DNA of 40,836 bases from a virus (lineage: Duplodnaviria; Caudoviricetes): positions 1 to 40,836 of IMG/VR virus record IMGVR_UViG_3300005542_000003; one strand, written 5' to 3'. Shown in pieces: positions 37,797 to 40,836 of the stretch. Position numbers and translations under genes: made by a program. Numbering within the stretch: position 1 is the first letter of the stretch; each line of letters opens with the position of its first letter. The notes below the pieces were generated by a model. It was not told the origin of the DNA. It made no database searches and saw nothing but the letters and a program-made list of their open reading frames with translations.

Positions 37797-38332
37797 AGGT
37801 CGATGCCAGAGAACGGTGCGGGCATAAGCTCGTACTCAGCGTCTACGGCGTCAAGTACAGGAGCTTGCAACCGGGAGACAGGCCCCGCCGGCACGGTAGG
37901 CCCTGCGAGTGTCTGCTGCTTCATGAGTAGCCATTCCTCGTATGTCGTAGCACGAGGCATCAGGTTGGCTATGTTCACCGTTACCTGCGGTGAGGAACTA
38001 CCGTCGCTGTCTCTGGAAAACTCCGGTACTTTCGCTTTAAGTAGCGTCTGTAGTAGAGTGTCTGAGTACTCTAGTTGCGTATCGACCTTCTCGCCTTTGT
38101 AGTAGATACCCCTCTCGATGCCATATACGCCTCGTGTTATGGCCGCTGAGACTAGAGTTTGCGTACCTATCTCACATGCGTTTTTAATGCGTTCGTCTAC
38201 GTCTGGGTCGTCTTTACGCCATTGCTGAATGAACAACATGGATACGCCGCATTGCTTGGACGCTCGTAGCATGTCGCCACAGTTGTGTGTGAGGGCGTCG
38301 CATAGGGCCAGAAGAGTAGGCTCGTTCCTCAT
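37793..38332 (-). CDS. terS: Terminase small subunit
   Basis: N-terminal HTH (ASKQCGVS..WRKDDP), YSDTLLQTLLKA; upstream of terL. Confidence 0.85.
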   Translation of the reverse strand: MRNEPTLLALCDALTHNCGDMLRASKQCGVSMLFIQQWRKDDPDVDERIKNACEIGTQTLVSAAITRGVYGIERGIYYKGEKVDTQLEYSDTLLQTLLKAKVPEFSRDSDGSSSPQVTVNIANLMPRATTYEEWLLMKQQTLAGPTVPAGPVSRLQAPVLDAVDAEYELMPAPFSGIDL

Positions 38333-38481
38333 CTGTTATGCCTGTTGTATATTCTGTTGTACATATGGTGAGGTATGGTGCCATCAGGATCAGTCTGGCG
38401 TACTTCCTCAATTAGCCTCTTGATAGCCACTGAGGCCAGTACCGAACCTAACGGTAGCTCCGGGGGTGGCTTCGGCTGCAT
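38329..38481 (-). CDS. YhhA-like triceptide (cyclophane RiPP) precursor peptide, 50 aa
   Basis: MQPKPPPELPLGSVLASVAIKRLIEEVRQTDPDGTIPHHMYNRIYNRHNR; ATGA overlap with terS. Alternative GTG start at 38523. Confidence 0.7.
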   Translation of the reverse strand: MQPKPPPELPLGSVLASVAIKRLIEEVRQTDPDGTIPHHMYNRIYNRHNR

Positions 38482-38526
38482 CGGCGGTTCTCGCGGTGCT
38501 GGGGAGTGATATCGCGCTCGCACGCG

Positions 38527-38555
38527 AGGCTCTCTCGGTTTGCATAAGGCGTCAA
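38527..38555 (-). promoter_or_regulatory. Putative late-operon promoter
   Basis: aagcccc-TTGACG-N17-GAGCCT on the - strand. Confidence 0.5.
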
Positions 38556-38595
38556 GGGGCTTTGTGGAGCGGGGCTGGCGATTAATAATAGGTTA

Positions 38596-38654
38596 AAGTA
38601 TTATACCTTTTGTGATATATGTAAGTATTATACCTTCTGTATTATATGTAAGTA
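38596..38654. repeat. Tandem 27-bp imperfect repeat
   Basis: aagtattataccttttgtgatatatgt / aagtattataccttctgtattatatgt / aagta. Confidence 0.85.
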
Positions 38655-39056
38655 AATTACTTAGAGTACCTTTTAAAAATACTGGAAAATTTTGTGGGTT
38701 GGTAGCGTTTTTAATTACAGTATAGCCTGCCGATTGGGTACGTGGCAGCAAGTATTCGCAGAGTATATCTTTAGTATTCGCTGGACGAATTACTCCATGA
38801 ATACTTAGCGCATAAATATATGTAAAGTATATTAAGTAAAGTGGATCGCAAGTAATAAATACTTTAAAGCATGTAGTATATAAGTTACTCTTCTGCAAAC
38901 AATCCAAGTAACAAACCCGCATATGCACAAGCGTGCATGTAAGTATTTACATACTTAAGTGCGTTAAGTACTGAAGGAATGCTTTAAAGGCGCTTGTTAC
39001 TAAGTACTTATAGGCTTTAAAGCACGCGTATATACTTAATAAATTACTTTATGAAG

Positions 39057-39118
39057 ATTACTTTGCAGAATGTAATATAAAATACTGTCTTAAAGTAAAT
39101 TACTTTGCAGAATGTAAT
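39057..39118. repeat. 20-bp direct repeat attactttgcagaatgtaat, two copies
   Basis: Copies at 39057-39076 and 39099-39118. Confidence 0.9.
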
Positions 39119-39232
39119 GTATAATACTAATAAATTACTCAGAATTTGTGCGCTGGGTACGCGAGAAACGCCTATTCAGACCCTTTAAATCACCCAAGTA
39201 CTTCAAGCTCGTAGGGGCAATGTAGAAAGAGC

Positions 39233-39248
39233 TATATATATATATATA
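39233..39248. repeat. (TA)8 tract
   Basis: Read directly from the sequence. Confidence 0.9.
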
Positions 39249-39587
39249 CCAAACCCCTGATTGCTATACATACCCATCACCTAATCTATTTATATACTGT
39301 GGGTGGCCGTGTCACCTTGCGATCAGCCGAGAACGGTCAGAAATCATGCTCAAGCTTGATTCGCTATAGCAGTGTAGGGTAATTCTCATTTAGAGACACA
39401 AGCAAGACCCAAAACTATACAGTAATATCATGGCAAATTTATCAATGATTTCAATGGCTTGCCACATAGTTTCGTGGTCGGCTTGACAAGCCTAGCTCGT
39501 TTTGGCAAGTAAATTACAAAACTAAATCCATATCCCGCATCTACTATATAAAGCCCCTCCCTCAAACAATAAAAGGTACTTAATACA

Positions 39588-40442
39588 ATGTCCACAAAGG
39601 CCAACGAATCAGCGTACAACGTGCGTATTCGCAACGTACTTACGAAGCGAAATCTACCGGATGGCATAGTATATAAGCAAAAATATCAAATACACACGTA
39701 TGAGAAAGCGCCGAAACCTATAGTATTCTCAGTACCTTGGCCGTCTATGGCTGAGAACGACGAATACTCAAAGGTAATGAGCGCAAGCACAATACGTGTG
39801 AATGCTTACGTTACAGTGCAGTATAACACCGCCGGTAAAGAGTACAACCTGCTAACTATCAAGTATTCTCGTGGTACAGATACGCACGCGCTCGGCGTGG
39901 AGTTCTACTATATAGACACTATTACTTGCAGGCTGACAGAGCTATGGCACGTGCAAGGCGGTGATACTGTATACATGACATCTAGTAACTATGAGTGGAT
40001 GAGCAAAGTAATAGTATTCGTGGAGGAACAGGCGCGTAAGAAATACTTGGAATACTGTCTAAGTGGCGTGGAGAGGCACATAACGCATTGCCACTTCGTA
40101 CCGGATACAGTAGACGTGCTAGAGTACAACGTGATGATTGCTAATCAGTACAAAGCGGCAAAGCAACGTGCTGTAGAAACGAAACCCAGGAGACGATACC
40201 GAACAAAGGCGCGCATAGCGCAAGCTCAAGTAGACGGTACTCTAAGTGAATTAATGACCGCTCGTGGTCCTGCAATAAACTACGAAAGTACTTTAAAGGG
40301 TCTAATTAACTGGCACAAGAAAGCCCTAGAGCGAGGGGACACAAAACGGGCGGAAAGTATCTCACGTTGGATACACAGGGTTAAGAGTCAGATGGCGGAC
40401 AGCGAGAATAATAGCCAAAATACACTCCCGGACATACTTTGA
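39588..40442 (+). CDS. Hypothetical basic protein (first gene of the + arm)
   Basis: aaaggt SD; 284-aa ORF; no motif recognised. Confidence 0.75.
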   Translation: MSTKANESAYNVRIRNVLTKRNLPDGIVYKQKYQIHTYEKAPKPIVFSVPWPSMAENDEYSKVMSASTIRVNAYVTVQYNTAGKEYNLLTIKYSRGTDTHALGVEFYYIDTITCRLTELWHVQGGDTVYMTSSNYEWMSKVIVFVEEQARKKYLEYCLSGVERHITHCHFVPDTVDVLEYNVMIANQYKAAKQRAVETKPRRRYRTKARIAQAQVDGTLSELMTARGPAINYESTLKGLINWHKKALERGDTKRAESISRWIHRVKSQMADSENNSQNTLPDIL

Positions 40443-40760
40443 TCATGTTCGCAGGAAGCAAAGTATGAGAACAAAACGTGAAAACGCCGTACACGGCTAC
40501 GGAGCACCTTCCCGGTACGATCCCACCCTAGGAAGCTATCGGCCGTGTACGGGCTTCCTAGGGGCCTTAGCGTGGACGCGGTACTTTTGCATTTTGCACG
40601 TGTGACGTACTGTCGCATTGACATCTGCATAATCGGTGGCACGCGCGCTTGCGTTCATTTTAGTTTCTCGGGGTCACTTTTTTGCTTGTACCGCACCGCT
40701 TTAAATGGCAGAAAGGGGCGGGGAAGAACCCCTTCAATGTTACTTTACAGGATGCAAACT

Positions 40761-40836
40761 ATGACTTACGACACTCGCGAGCAGTGGCTCCAAGCGTTCA
40801 TCGAGGCTTCAAGGGAGCGGTTTGCGGATATCAATG
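40761..40836 (+). CDS. 5' part of the SprT-like gene (continues through the junction to 570)
   Basis: agga SD, ATG 40761, MTYDTREQWLQAFIEASRERF, in frame with base 1. Confidence 0.85.
   Translation, partial: MTYDTREQWLQAFIEASRERFADIN
40797..40836. repeat. Terminal 40-bp direct repeat (right copy)
   Basis: Identical to 1-40. Confidence 0.97.

Noticed and set aside
38593-38928. 111-aa ORF in the AT-rich region
   Set aside because: It overlaps tandem DNA repeats, lacks a clear SD and has atypical composition; probably non-coding.

Overview
The window is an apparently complete, circularly assembled tailed-phage genome of about 40,796 bp; the first 40 nt repeat exactly at the end. The + strand arm (about 39.6 kb through the junction to 18.8 kb) carries early and replication genes: SprT-like metallopeptidase, MoxR-type AAA+ ATPase, vWA-like partner, many small and membrane proteins, primase-helicase, Cas4-like nuclease, SSB, family A DNA polymerase, VRR-NUC and SNF2 helicase. 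The - strand arm (38.5 kb to 18.8 kb) carries a podovirus-type virion operon: TerS, TerL, portal, scaffold, major capsid, adaptor, nozzle, GNAT, ejection-type proteins and a tail fibre with S74 chaperone. An AT-rich, repeat-containing non-coding kilobase separates the arms. I recognise no integrase, endolysin, tRNA or CRISPR array. Two signals stand out. (1) A 50-aa ORF translationally coupled to TerS looks like a YhhA-type triceptide (cyclophane RiPP) precursor (RLIEEVR...YNRIYNRHNR), with no radical-SAM maturase in the genome. (2) The palindrome CTTTAAAG occurs at least 43 times genome-wide (about 70 TTTAAA cores), far above chance. All family calls come from motif recognition by eye, not database searches.
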